A DNA stretch of 64,000 nt from Eledone cirrhosa (Eukaryota): positions 322,648,001 to 322,712,000 of the forward strand of contig OZ024740.1 in NCBI GenBank assembly GCA_964016885.1, written 5' to 3'. Under the pieces are notes generated by a model, which was given only the letters and a program-made list of their open reading frames with translations, was not told the DNA's origin and searched no databases. The stretch's first letter is position 1, and each line of letters begins with the position of its first letter. Shown piece by piece: positions 27,344 to 42,136 of the stretch. The position numbers were made by a program, and so were the translations under genes.

Positions 27344-27410
27344 TGGCAGGAAGGTATACGTTGCTGACGATAGCTAATAAGCTTGAAACTAGTACAGCGT
27401 TCCTTTGTCA
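27344..27410 (+). ncRNA. Type I hammerhead ribozyme (unit 1)
   Basis: CGUUG-CUGACGA-U AGCU AAUA AGCU U-GAAAC UA GUA-CAGCG with a canonical core. Helix I extends through UGGCAGGAAGG/CCUUUGUCA. Confidence 0.85.
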
Positions 27411-27773
27411 GTGTTGAACAAACGAGCAACGATGGTTGCTAGACACTACGGCTTAATACGGGATGTTTGTTTACAAACACACCGAGCATTATAATAAATG
27501 TTCGGTGAATCCATACGTACATGTATATATATGTGTGCATGTATGTATATATATATACATATAACTGTACGTCTGTATACATATATGTATGTACGTATAC
27601 ATACTTATATTTAAGCAACAGCCGTACTAAGTGTGGGAAATGAAATTTCGTTTCATATTTACCGTTTATCGTTTTCGGTGAACCCGGCCGATTAACCCAC
27701 TCGATATGCAAATTGGGCTACTCAACCGTTAATATGCATAAGGAAAGTATATACTTTCAGACGTTCAATCATC

Positions 27774-27840
27774 TGGCAGGAAGGTATACGTTGCTGACGA
27801 TAGCTAATAAGCTTGAAACTAGTACATCGTTATTTTGTCA
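27774..27840 (+). ncRNA. Type I hammerhead ribozyme (unit 2; helix I partly mutated)
   Basis: Same core, helix II and helix III; the 3' strand is CAUCG instead of CAGCG. Confidence 0.75.
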
Positions 27841-28089
27841 GTGTTGAACAAACGAGCAACGATGGTTGCTAGACACTACGGCTTAATACGGGATGTTTGT
27901 TTACAAACACACCAAGCATTATAATAAATGTTCGGTGAATCCATACGTACATATATATATGTGCATGTATGTATATATATATACATACTACTGTACGTCT
28001 GTATACATATATGTATGTACGTATACATACTTATATTTAAGTAACAGCCGTACTAAGAGTGGGAAATGAAATTTCGTTTCAATTTTTCC

Positions 28090-28125
<36 letters not shown>

Positions 28126-28592
28126 GAAAGTATAGAAATTGTTGTAGCGAGAAGCTAACAGTATTCCATAACATATATGCGACTATAGCGTCAAAATGGG
28201 AAAATAGTTAACATAAGATAAGAAAAATAATTCAGACTCAATTCAAAAGGAATCAGGATATAGATTTATCCAACAGAATTTAGAGAAATCCAGGGAAATA
28301 TCAATAGAGCCTTAACTCATGATAAAACAAATCTAAAGTACTCAACCTTCAATTTGGGACAACTTCAAATGCTCTGTATAGTCTTGAAAACACTATTTCA
28401 CGAAAACTTTCAGTGGGGATGGTCATGGTTGGATTTCGTTCATCAGCAGAGCTCAACATGGTAACAAAGATCTCACTGGTAATATTCCAAAAAGGGAATT
28501 TAAAAGCAGGCTAGTTTAACATCATGCGTGATTATTAAAATAAACGCACATGTGGAAAAACAGGGCTGGTGACGTCAGAATGAGACAAATGT

Positions 28593-28635
<43 letters not shown>

Positions 28636-28725
28636 GGATCTAGCTATCGACAAGACGGCCGGAACTCACCCTGAATCTTTTCATATATATATATATATTA
28701 TATATATATATATATAAAATACATA

Positions 28726-28803
<78 letters not shown>

Positions 28804-28944
28804 TATATAAAATACATATACATATATATATATATATATATTTCTCACGTTATAATAACCCTAATAGATTAAAACGAAGTTGAGTCACGCGATTGCTGAC
28901 GCCAGCTTTCTCTGATCCACAGCAATCCACATTCTCTACTGAAT

Positions 28945-29482
28945 CCTTTCTATCAACATGTGGCCTACAATTTTAGCTATCCATTCTTTCAATATGTAGA
29001 CGACCTTTTTAGCTGCTATTCCTTCTTTCAACACGTGGCTTAGTATTTTAGCTATCCTTTCTTTTAACATGTGAGCGACTGTTTTAGCTATCTATTCTTT
29101 CAACATGTGGGTGACTATTTTAGCTATCCTTTCTTTCAACATGCGGACGACTATTTTAGCTATCTTTCTTTCAACATGTAGGTGACTATTTTAGCTGCTA
29201 ATCATTTCTTTCAACATGTAGGTAACTATTTTAGCTACTATTCCTTTCTTTTAACATGTAGGTAACTATTTTAGCTGGTATCCTTTCTTTCAACATGTGG
29301 GCTACTATTTTAGCTGCTATTCCTTCTTTCAACATGTAGGTAACTATTTTAGTTATTCTTTCTTTTAACATGTGGGTGACTATTTTAGCTATCCTTTCTT
29401 TCAACATGTAGACGACTACTTTAGCTATTTTCTCTCTCAACATGTGGACGAGTATTTTAGCTATCTTTTCTTTCAACATATA
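28945..29482. repeat. Minisatellite, ~36-40-bp unit (ACTATTTTAGCTATCCTTTCTTTCAACATGTAGGTG)
   Basis: About 14 imperfect tandem units. Confidence 0.9.
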
Positions 29483-30144
29483 GGCGTATCTTCCATTTTG
29501 TTTCTGTTCTGTTCTTTTCCCCCACAACCCATTCAACTCTTCCTTTAATAATTACATTTCAAAAGTGAGTTATTAATTAAACGATTACTTAACAGAATTA
29601 TAGAATCAATCAAAAATTATCCCGATCAATGAAGGATGCAAAAAAAAAAAAAATCCAATATGACAAAAGATGAAAAAAAATCAAAGAAAGTAAAGTTACG
29701 TAAGACATTTTTATTTGTGATTGGTGGTTTCGAATTGAAGTAATTTCCGCCCTTCAACAAATAGTCTTTGATTTTTTTTTCAGTGAGTATTATCTTTTAT
29801 CCTGACTTAAAAAAACAACAACAGTAACAGCAACAAAAACTAGCAATGCAAATAAGCACGAAACAACAACAAAAATAAGCACAAACAACAACAAAAAAAA
29901 AAACAACAGCAAAAAAGAACAACAAAAACGAAACAAAACAAAATAAACAAAAAAACAAAAAAAACACGCAAAAACATATATAGAATCTTGCTTAGAAGTT
30001 TAATAATTAAATTATTAATATTATTAATAATATTATTAATAATGGTATTAATAACGTCATAAATAATTTAATCATTAAGAGTAATAAAAAAATCATCATC
30101 ATCACCATCATCACCATCTTCATGAGGTATTTAGTTATGACTTT

Positions 30145-30530
30145 CTACATTCTGAGTTCAAATCCTGCCCAGGCTAACTTTGTTTTTCATCCTTTCAGGG
30201 TCGGTAAAATAAAGCACCAGTAATGCATTGGGGTCGATTTAATAGACTTTCTCCTCTCCCCCAAATTGCTGACCTTGTGCCTAAATCAGAAACCATTATA
30301 AAGGGCGGTGGATTGGCAGTATCGGTTGAGCGTTGGACAACATGCTTTGCAGCATAGAGTTACGGCTCTTTACGTTCTGAGTTCAAATCCTGCCGAGGTT
30401 AGATTTACCTTTCATCCTTACGGGGTCGATAAAATAAAGTACCAGTAATGCACTATGGTCGATTTAATCGACTACCCCTCCCCTTCAAAATGCTGGCCTT
30501 CTGTCTAAAGTAGAAACAATTATTATTATT
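30145..30530 (+). mobile_element. Two tandem SINE family A copies
   Basis: Partial copy at 30145-30297 and full copy at 30302-30530 with an (ATT)n tail. Confidence 0.8.
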
Positions 30531-31095
30531 TGCTTTTTCGTGCTTTAAAGGTTTAAAAAAAAAACTCTTTGAACCCCCTGCCCCTACATCCTACCCCATT
30601 TTCACTCCATCCTCACCCCACCGACCTTGAATTAAGCAATGATGCAACAGGGATATCATCCTTTCAGAAATTTTAGTTAAATCATGTTAGTACATTTATT
30701 AACACAGATGCAATAGAGAGAATCAAATTCTTTGAATGTTAATTATCAAACCATTCCCCATTGGAACCATTAGGGTATCTGATTAAATGCCTCGTTATTT
30801 GTTCTGGATCTCTGAGTTCTGAGTTCAAATCCTGCTGAAGCTAACTTTGCTGAATAAATTACCAACCGAAAGGCGGTGATTTGGCGAAATTATTAAAAAG
30901 TTGAACGGAATGTTATACGGTATCTGTTCTGGTTCAGGGTCCTTCTGAGATCAAATCCTGCCAAGGATAACTTTGTTTTACATTCTTTCGAGGTCGATAA
31001 ATAAAGTATCAATCGATAGACTGTGGATTGGTAGAATTATTAAGAGTCGGACAGTATGTTTTGTGATATATGTTACGACTGTGTTAGTTCTGAAT

Positions 31096-31240
31096 GAAGG
31101 CTTAGTGGTTAGAGCATTGGGCTTGCAATCGAAAGGTTGTGAGTTCGATTCTTGGACCGGGTGATGTGTTGTGTCATTGAGCAAGACACTTTATTTCACG
31201 TTGCACCAGTTTACTCAGCTGTAGAAATCAGTTGCGACCC
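31096..31240 (+). mobile_element. tRNA-derived CORE-type SINE
   Basis: GGCTTAGTGGTTAGAGCATTGG...GAGTTCGATTC...TGTGTCATTGAGCAAGACACTT. Confidence 0.75.
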
Positions 31241-32882
31241 TGCCAAATCAATGGGTGGAAGTAGTTCCAGCTGCACGCATCGAAAGACTGGTGTAGTGGT
31301 TCTGAAAACAATGCGGCTTTGCAGATGATCACTGCAAATTGACAATGGAAAGCGCTGCCGCTTAAGTTAGAAGAGAACTATTGACCTTCAGGAGAAGCAG
31401 CAACCCTGATTGTATTTAGCAACCAAAACAAATATGAAGTACACCAAATCCAATGCTCGTAGGGGAGGCCCTGGTTTTTCTTATTTGCGAGTGTAAACTC
31501 GGCCAGATTAGATTAGATTAGATCAAATTTCGCCTTATTTCTTTCCCATTTCTATTCGTTCATTATTTTATAATCTTTTATTCTTTGCTAACCGATGTAT
31601 CCCCACATCTACTTAGAACACTGTAACACTCCTATTACTCAGAACATTGTAACATAACGTTTACTTAACATCACTTTAACTCAAATCATTGTAACATGAC
31701 GTTTACTCAATGGTTTTTAAAATAACTTCTTTTGAAAGTGACGACTATATGTTATCACAGGTAGTATCAACATTCGTACCCAAGTTACGATAAAAATCCT
31801 TCAACTTAAAAGTAATTATAATTAAACCTAATTTTCAGTGAAATCGAATTCGTGAAATGAAATTTCAACTTGGAAATTTTGCCCGTCGTTTAATTTGTCA
31901 CACTGAAATTTTAAAGAATTTATTCCCTGATGAAGCCAACCACAGACAAAACTTTAAATCACCGCAAACATTTTCCTTTTGAATCAGAGGCTCAGTCCAT
32001 CGGACGGGCTTCCACGCAGTTTCCGTCTACCAAATTTTGATCACAAGACTGTAGTAAAAAAAACAACAACACTTTTCCAAATTACCACATAGTGCACACG
32101 GACGAGGAACCGTGTGATTATGAAGTAAACACCTTAAACATTCGGCCGAGCTGTATCCACATCTCAGATCTACGTAATTATTTAACAGAGCGGAAGATCT
32201 CCGTGGAGAAAAATTAAATCTACCTTGCTACGAAATACTTCCATTCATCTACGGCCCTTTAACCCCTGATAGAGTTTCAGGACAGTCGTAATGTTTTAAA
32301 TATTTAAACCTGGTGGACCCTACCATCTCCAGGTTTGAGTACAGCTGATTTCTTCCAGAGAGAACGAGAGAAAAACTAAGAAAGAGATATAGAACAAGAA
32401 TCTAATTCAGTACTAGTACTTTAATTATCGACAACAAAATGATGAAAGGCAAAGTTGACTTGAACGCGATTTGAACTCAGAGCGTAGAGAACCGGAGAAA
32501 ATTCTACGAAGAATTTTATTCAATGTCCTAACGTCACTACAATCCGCCATCTTGTAAAATGCGTCATGGCCACATAAATTGTTGATTCTTTCAAAGTAAT
32601 GACTTGTTGTTCACTCTTCTGTAAACTTCCAATCACCATTATGGTAAGTATCCCACAATAGAAATACTAACAGACACAGATGTTATGGAACCATATGTAG
32701 ACTGTTTATTTGGATATAGAGCTTAGCTAAATTCTTCACCTCTGAAAATATATATAAACAAATATTAAAAGAATATAAATAATATAAACAATAAATAAAT
32801 AAATAGATAAATAATTGCTGTATTTATTCCACCATTCGTCAATAGGGCATTTCATCTCCCCCTCCCTCTCTCTTTTTATCTG

Positions 32883-32921
<39 letters not shown>

Positions 32922-32930
32922 ATGTGTATG

Positions 32931-32984
<54 letters not shown>

Positions 32985-33043
32985 TATGTGTGTGTGTGTG
33001 TGTGTGTGATTATATGTATCTATATATATATATATATAAAAAT

Positions 33044-33074
<31 letters not shown>

Positions 33075-33564
33075 TATACATATATATATATATAATCACA
33101 CACAAACACATACATATATATACATACATACACGCACATATATAAATATACAGATATACATATATACACACCTTTATCTATAACTTTTTAAAATCTTTTT
33201 CTTTCATCAGTATCTCCCACCCCACTTTTCACCCCACACCCCTTCATCCCTACACCCTCAACTCACTCAGAAATTTTCAGGCAAATCCTTCACTTTAATT
33301 TAAATTTCCATCTCACTATTCCTATTGAGCGTCCTTTGTTAAACCTTAAACAACAAACAACTAACAACAACACCAACAACAACAGCAATCAAAGGTTCCC
33401 CCTCCACCTCCGCTAACCCCCATCATATCCCTTGTTGAATAAAAGAACTCAACATGTCCGTGTGTGTTTTTTAAAGAAATGTTTGGAGTTGGGGAGAGTT
33501 GATTTGATTAAATGAAGCTTGAACCTTCAACATTAAAATATGCAGACACAGCAATATCATAGAA

Positions 33565-33632
33565 TTACAACGACAATAACAACACCTTCAGCTACAACAA
33601 CAACAACAACAACAACAACAACACTATCAACT

Positions 33633-33665
<33 letters not shown>

Positions 33666-36600
33666 TTATCAGTTACAACAGCAGCAAATACAATAACAGC
33701 AATAACAACTATTGGAACAATAATCACATTAACACCAACAACCACACCATCAGCTACAACAACAACAACACCACCAATAACAACAACAGCAACAACATCA
33801 GCTACAACAACAACAACAACAACAACAACAGCAACAACAACAACAACAACAACAGCAAGAACAACAACAACAACATCAGCAACAACAACAATAACAACTG
33901 CATCCACAATAATTACATCACCAACAACAACAGCTAGAACAACAGCAGCAACTACAATAACAACAACAACAACAGCTAGAACAACAGCAGCAACTACAAT
34001 AACAACAACAACAACAGCTAGAACAACAGCAGCAACTACAATAACAACAACAATAACAACTAGATCAACAGCAACAACAACATTATCAGCAACTACAACA
34101 ACAACAATGATAACAAGAACATCAACAGCAACAAGGATATCAATAACAACCCCCCACCTCAGGACCCTCAACATATTCCAAACCCTCTGTCCCCAGTCTA
34201 TCCCTATTTTAGTTAGGGGACAGCATTACAGGTACCTGACTCTTAATACCCTTGGTTTAAACAAAGACATCACAGCTAAATATCACCACCACCACATACC
34301 ACCAGCACCAGCACCACAATCTACACCACTACCATCTACACCACCAGCACCAGCACCACAATCTACACCACTACCATCTACACCACCAGCACCAGCACCA
34401 CAATCTACACCACCACAATCTACACCACTACCATCTACACCACCAGCACCAGCACCACAATCTACACCACCACAATCTACACCACTACCATCTACACCAC
34501 CAGCACCAGCACCACAATCTACACCACCACAATCTACACCACCAGCACCAGCACCACAATCTACACCACTACCATCTACACCACCAGCACCAGCACCACA
34601 ATCTACACCACTACCATCTACACCACCAGCACCAGCACCACAATCTACACCACCACAATCTACACCACTACCATCTACACCACCAGCACCAACACCACAA
34701 TCTACACCACCACAATCTACACCACTACCATCTACACCACCAGCACCAGCACCACAATCTACACCACTACCATCTACACCACCAGCACCAGCACCACAAT
34801 CTACACCACTACCATCACTACCAGCACCAAAATCTACACCACCACAATCTACACCACTACCATCACTACCAGCACCACAATCTACACCACCACAATCTAC
34901 ACCACTACCATCACTACCAACACCACAATCTACACCACCACAATCTACACCACTACCATCTACACCACCACAATCTACACCACTACCATCTACACCACCA
35001 CAATCTACACCACTACCATCTACACCACCACAATCTACACCACTACCATCTACACCACCACAATCTACACCACTACCATCACTACCACCACAATCTACAC
35101 CACTACCATCACTACCACCACAATCTACACCACTACCAGCACCACAATCTACACCACCACAATCTACACCACTACCATCACTACCGCCACAATCTACACC
35201 ACTACAATCTACACCACCACAATCTACACCACCAGCATCACCACCATCATCTATACCACTACCATCACTACCACCACAATCTACACCACTACAATCTACA
35301 CCACCACAATCTACACCACCACAATCTACACCACCACCACAATCTACCACCACAATCTACACCACTACAATCTACACCACCACAATCTACACCACCACAA
35401 TCTACATCACCACCATCATCTACACCACTACCATCACTACCACCACAATCTACACCACTACCATCACTACCACCACAATCTACACCACTACCATCTACAC
35501 CACCACAATCTACACCACTACCATCACAACCACCACAATATACACCACCACCATCACTACCACCACAATCTACACCACTACCATCTACACCACCACAATC
35601 TACACCACCACAATCTACACCACTACCATCACTACCACCACAATCTACACCACTACCATCACCACCACCACAATCTACACCACCACAATCTACACCACCA
35701 CAATCTACACCACCACAATCTACACCACCACAATCTACGCCACTACCATCACCACCACCACAATCTACACCACCACAATCACCACCACCACAATCTACAC
35801 CACCACAATCTACACCACCACCATCACCACCATCACCATCTACACCACCATCACCATCTACACCACCATCACAATCTACACCACCACAATCTACACCACC
35901 GTCATCACCACCACTACCATCACCACCACAATCTACACCACCACTACCACCATCACCACCACTACAATCTACACCACTACCATCACTACCACCACAATCT
36001 ACACCACCACTACAATCTACACCACTACAATCTACACCACCACCATCTACACCAGCACCACAATCTACACCACTACAATCTACACCACTACAATCTACAC
36101 CACCACAATCTACACCACCACCATCTACACCAGCACCACAATCTACACCACTACAATCTACACCAACACTACCTTCTACACCACTACAATCTACATCACT
36201 ACAATCTACACCACCACAATCGACACCACTACCATCACCACCACAATCTACACCACCACAATCTACACCACTACCATCACCACCACAATCTACGCCACCA
36301 CAATCCACACCACCGCAATCTAAACCACCACCACCACCACCACCACAATCTACACTACCACCATCCCCACCACCACAATCTACACCACCACAATCTACAC
36401 CACCACAATCCACACTACCACAATCTAAACCACCACTACCATCACCACCACCATCACTACCACTACAATCTACACCACTACAATCTACACCACCACAACC
36501 CACACCACCACAATCTACACCACTACAATCTACACCACCACAATCTACACCACTACAATCTACACCACCACAATCTACACCACTACCATCACTACCACCA

Positions 36601-36790
36601 CAATCTACACCACCACAATCTACACCACCACAATCTACACCACCACAACCCACACCACCACAATCTACACCACCACAATCTACACCACTACCATCACTAC
36701 AACCACAATCTACACCACCACCATCACCACCACCACGATCTACACCACTACCATCACTACCACCACAACCCACACCACCACAATCTCTAC
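33565..36790. repeat. (ACA)n-rich tract followed by a CACCAC/CAATCTA minisatellite (34285-36790)
   Basis: Tandem ACCACAATCTAC, ACTACCATCTAC and ACCAGC units. Confidence 0.93.
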
Positions 36791-37079
36791 TATTGCAACC
36801 ACCAGCAAAATAAGGTTTACTAATTTATTATAAAGTAGAGTTTGGACATTTATTAAGTAGGTTTAATTATATATTATGAAGTAAGAATTAATGATTTATT
36901 GAAAAAGGGGGTTTAAGCATTTATCATAATTTAGAATTTATCAATTTTCGTAAAATAGAATCTAATAATTTACTGGAAAATAGGGTTTATTGTAAAATAG
37001 GGTTTAATAATTTATTGCAAAATAAGAGATATCAGTTTTATACAAAATAAAGTTTAACGAGATATTATAAAATCGGTAT

Positions 37080-37335
37080 ATTATGAAATGTGGTTAACAT
37101 TTTATTATAAAATAAGTTTTATAGTAAAATAGGGGTTAACAATCTTTATAAAATAAGGTTTATCGTAAAATAGGGGTTAACAATCTTTATAAAATAAGGT
37201 TTATCGTAAAATAGGGGTTAACAACCTTTATAAAATAAGGTTTATCGTAAAATAGCGGTTAACAACCTTTATAAAATAAGATTTATCGTAAAATAGGAGT
37301 TAACGACCTTTATGAAATAGAGGTTATTGTAAAAT
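37080..37335. repeat. 41-bp AT-rich minisatellite (AAAATAAGGTTTATCGTAAAATAGGGGTTAACAATCTTTAT)
   Basis: Period of 41 measured at 37150/37191, with degenerate flanking units. Confidence 0.85.
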
Positions 37336-38104
37336 ATAGGTTTGAAATTTATTATAAAATAGAGTTTAACATTTTATAATAAAATAGAGTTTATTTGTAA
37401 AAACAATAAATTTTTCCTAACATAGGTTATAACAATTTTTCTTAATATAGGTTTTAACAATTACTGCGCGGAAGAGTTATGTTAGTCATTTAAAAACACA
37501 GAAAACTGTTAAATTTACTTTATATTAATCATAAAAAGAAAAGAAATGAATGATAAAGTTATCACTTTTGTTTTATTAAATGACTAAAATGACCCTTCCA
37601 TGCAGTAGTTGCTTTTGTTTCAACACATGTTCTCAGATCAAACATGTACAACTGTGGCTAAAATGACTACGCAGTAACTGCTTCAGTTTCATAACAGTCT
37701 CAGATCAAGTCACCTGCCAAACATGTACAACTGTGGCTAAAACGACACTTCTACGATGTCATTTTTTTTTAGTTTCAACACAAGATCTCAGATCAAGTCA
37801 TCTGCTAGACATGTACAGCTGTAAAATTGCTTTTCCATGATGTAATTGCCTCAGTTTTAACACATGCTTTTAGATCAAGTACCTTGCTAGAAACGTACAA
37901 CGGTAACAAAAATGACTCTTCCACGATGTAAATGTTTTAGCTTTCAACACACTGTCGCCGATTAAGTCACTTTTCAGACAAATACAACCCCGAAATTTCG
38001 AGAGCTTCAGCTAGGGTTTAACAATTTATTGTAAAACAGGGGATAAAAACTTAATACAAAATTATAATGAATAGTGTTTTATAATCATTATGAATTATTG
38101 GATT

Positions 38105-38292
38105 GGTGGTGGATTGGCAGTATCGGTAGAGGGTCGGACGCCATGCTTTCCAGCATAGTTACGTCCCTTTACGATCTGAGTTCAAATCCCGCCGAGGTTG
38201 ACTTTGCCTTTCATCCTTACGGGGTTGATAAAATAAAGTACCAGTAATGCACTGGGTAATTGCTGGCCTTGTGCCTAAAGTAGAAACAATTA
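38105..38292 (+). mobile_element. SINE family A copy
   Basis: Full-length match to the family A consensus. Confidence 0.8.
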
Positions 38293-38891
38293 TGAATTAT
38301 AAAAGGAATTATAAAATAAGGTTTATTGAAATGTATGGTTTTGGACTTATAAAATAGTGCTTACTAATTTACAATTAATTAAAGTTTAATTATAAACGGA
38401 TTTAATTTATTGTAAAACGTGGTCGAACTATTTAATATAAATTAACTTTTTTACTGTTTAAATGTTAAATAATACGAAGAATTGTATTCTTTCCCTGGTT
38501 TCTCGATGTTTCTTCGTTTTAGAAATACGCAGCATCACAACACATTACCCTCCCTCTCCCCCTCCATCTCTCCTCCTCCCTCTCCCCCTCCATCACTCCC
38601 CCTCCATCACTCCCCCTCTCTCTCCTCCCCATCTCCCACTCTTTCCTTTTTTTCTTTCTTTCTCTCTTTCTCTCTATCTCTTCCCGTCTTTCTTTCTTTC
38701 TTTCTTTCTTTCTTCCTCTCACTATTTCTGTTTTTTCTCTCTCTCCCCTTTTCGTCTTTCTTTCCTTCTCTCCTTCTACCTTTTTCTCTCACACTCACTC
38801 TCTTTCCTTTTTTCTTTCTTTCTTTTTCTCACTATTTCCGTTTCTCTCTCTTCATTCTTATTTTTTCTTTCTCTTTCTATTTTTCACCCCT

Positions 38892-38962
<71 letters not shown>

Positions 38963-39149
38963 CTCACCCCCTCTCTCTCTTTCTCAATCTTCCACCTTCA
39001 TGCGCTCACTCTTTCTCTTTCTTAAGTATTCCCTCTCAACAAACATACACACACACACTCACCCGTTCCTCCACACTATTTTCCATATTCCGTTAGCCAC
39101 TCTCAGTCAAACATTATCTGTTGCTTACACTCTTTTACTTTGTTTTCTA

Positions 39150-39272
<123 letters not shown>

Positions 39273-39385
39273 ATGTTTATCCTATACAGACACATTGTCT
39301 ATGTATCTCTCATACACAAATACTCACACTATCTCACCCTTTCTTTCACACATGCTATATATATATGTTTGTCGATCTATCTATC

Positions 39386-40365
<980 letters not shown>

Positions 40366-40678
40366 CTATCTATCTATCTGTCTATCGTTGATAGTGGACG
40401 TCTTTCACATCGGCTCTTCGATTTTGGATCACTACTTTGTTATTTGTGAGTGTGTTATTTGAATTTTGTTATTATTGTTGACTCTAACCCCTCGTCTGGG
40501 ACTGTAGACGTAGGGTAAATATATTTTCGCCCCTTTTGGGGTGAAAATCTTTAATTTAAAATGTTTATTGATATCGTTAAAAACGAGGAAGCCATATTGC
40601 AAGCTAACGCCACGCCCACCAAAAAAAGCGAGAAAGAGGGAACAACAATTCAAACTGTTGAACTACTCCTCCTCTCGA

Positions 40679-42130
40679 ATGGAAAAAAACACTGTTAATT
40701 TGAGTGAAAACACAAATTTTGAAAAAGATAACAGGGAAAAAACCCCACAAAAAATGGAATTAATAAAACCAACAACACTGCAACAACAAACAACAATGAA
40801 CGAAACGAAAACAACAAAGACAGCAAAATTTCTTTTGCCCAAACGGTAAAAAAAACGATCGAATACAAACCTATAGACATTACTAACGCTAAGCAAAACT
40901 TACTAAATGCTAGAAAATACGTATCTTTTGGGGAGGATGGTTCTTTTACGATCAACTCCCCAGAAAAAGTTCGTCAACAGGCATATAGGAATACTATAAC
41001 TTTCAGGACTATATCCAACGCAACAAGAAAACCAGCTCAATTGACAGAAAGTCAAATTGAGCTGGTTCTGAAAGACATTAAAAAAGACATGCTCTTTATT
41101 GAAAGTATTATGCCAGTATTATGGTCCGAATGAAGGACCAAATGCTGGCTCGAAAATGCTCGGTGGCACCTATAGTGTCACCACAATACACCTTCTTCCC
41201 TACATATAAAGGAAGAAGAACACAAAGACTATTAATGTGGAGCTCAACGCCAGAAGTAGACATCTGGTCCGTCCTGACAGGATTCACGGACCTAGAAAAA
41301 AGGACATTCTAGTATCAGCAGGTGAGTCCACCAGTGGACTGTTCGGGGGGAAACGTCTGGGGGTTCTCATACAGATGACACCAGAGAGTATCGCCGGAAT
41401 ACCCGACCGAGTACTACTGGATGGTCGAACCTTTATTAATATTACGGTGGAAGGCAGGAGGCCCTCATGTTACCACTGCGCTGGCAGAGGTCACCTGAGG
41501 ACTGCCTGCCCTCTACTAACAAAAAAACACTGCTACAAACACCACAACAACAACAAAAACAACCAGCACCACCACCACAAAAACAACAAAATACATCACC
41601 ATCACCACCACAACGACAACAAAAACCAACAACACCACCTCCAGCACCACCACCACAACAACTACAAAAACAAAAGAGCACGAAACAAATCACAGTCACA
41701 TCCACCCACCCCACACAGAAAACAATCAAAAATACTCACACCAACACAACACTACCACAAAATATCCCTACCCCCGAACACGGACGAAAACCTCCTTACA
41801 TCGGAGCGTAGCGAAGATGAAGGAGAGCCTTTCCGACCAGTAAAAAGGAAAAAAAGGAAACATACCACTAACAGAAACCAAACAAACACAGAAGAAACCA
41901 AAACAACACAAAGGACCCCTCCCCATTACATAACACTAACAGCGTCACAGAAAAAAACATTACAGTACACTTACATTAACAAACAAAACAAAAAACTGCT
42001 CAATATAATAAACAGCAACCCTTCGGTGCAAACCGAAGGGCCAAATTTTAAGACAGTGGATGACTCTCCACACCTCAAAATGATAACGGTTCCCATGAAC
42101 CGCAGAGAGGTAAGTGCCTCTTTCTTTACC
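40679..42130 (+). pseudogene. Tx1 ORF1 (gag-like, CCHC zinc knuckle), disrupted
   Basis: TVEGRRPSCYHCAGRGHLRTACP, a Pro/Gln-rich linker and a basic PVKRKKRK motif; split over several frames. Confidence 0.75.
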
Positions 42131-42136
42131 ACCAAC

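Larger units (their letters stand above)
27012..28091 (+). mobile_element. Non-coding hammerhead-bearing element: two 430-bp tandem units (27232-27661, 27662-28091) preceded by an inverted partial unit (27012-27228); retrozyme-like
   Basis: The period of 430 is measured between CCGTTTATCGTTTTCGGTG at 27232/27662 and CTGACGA at 27364/27794. No meaningful ORF; (TA)n flanks. Confidence 0.8.

Noticed and set aside
28425-28460. Minus-strand CTGATGA-AC-GAAA
   Set aside because: There is no room for helix II and no helix I or III pairing.
31096-31160. tRNA genes at SINE heads
   Set aside because: A and B boxes are present, but they run into SINE core domains and lack a complete cloverleaf.
31925-31960. 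CTGATGAAGCC...AAAAC as a hammerhead
   Set aside because: No intact GAAA, helix II or helix III; at best a decayed relic.
33540-36323. 927-aa Thr/Pro/Ser-rich mucin-like ORF
   Set aside because: It consists almost entirely of trinucleotide-phased tandem repeat that is also open on the opposite strand. There is no signal peptide or folded domain, so it is unsupported without expression data.
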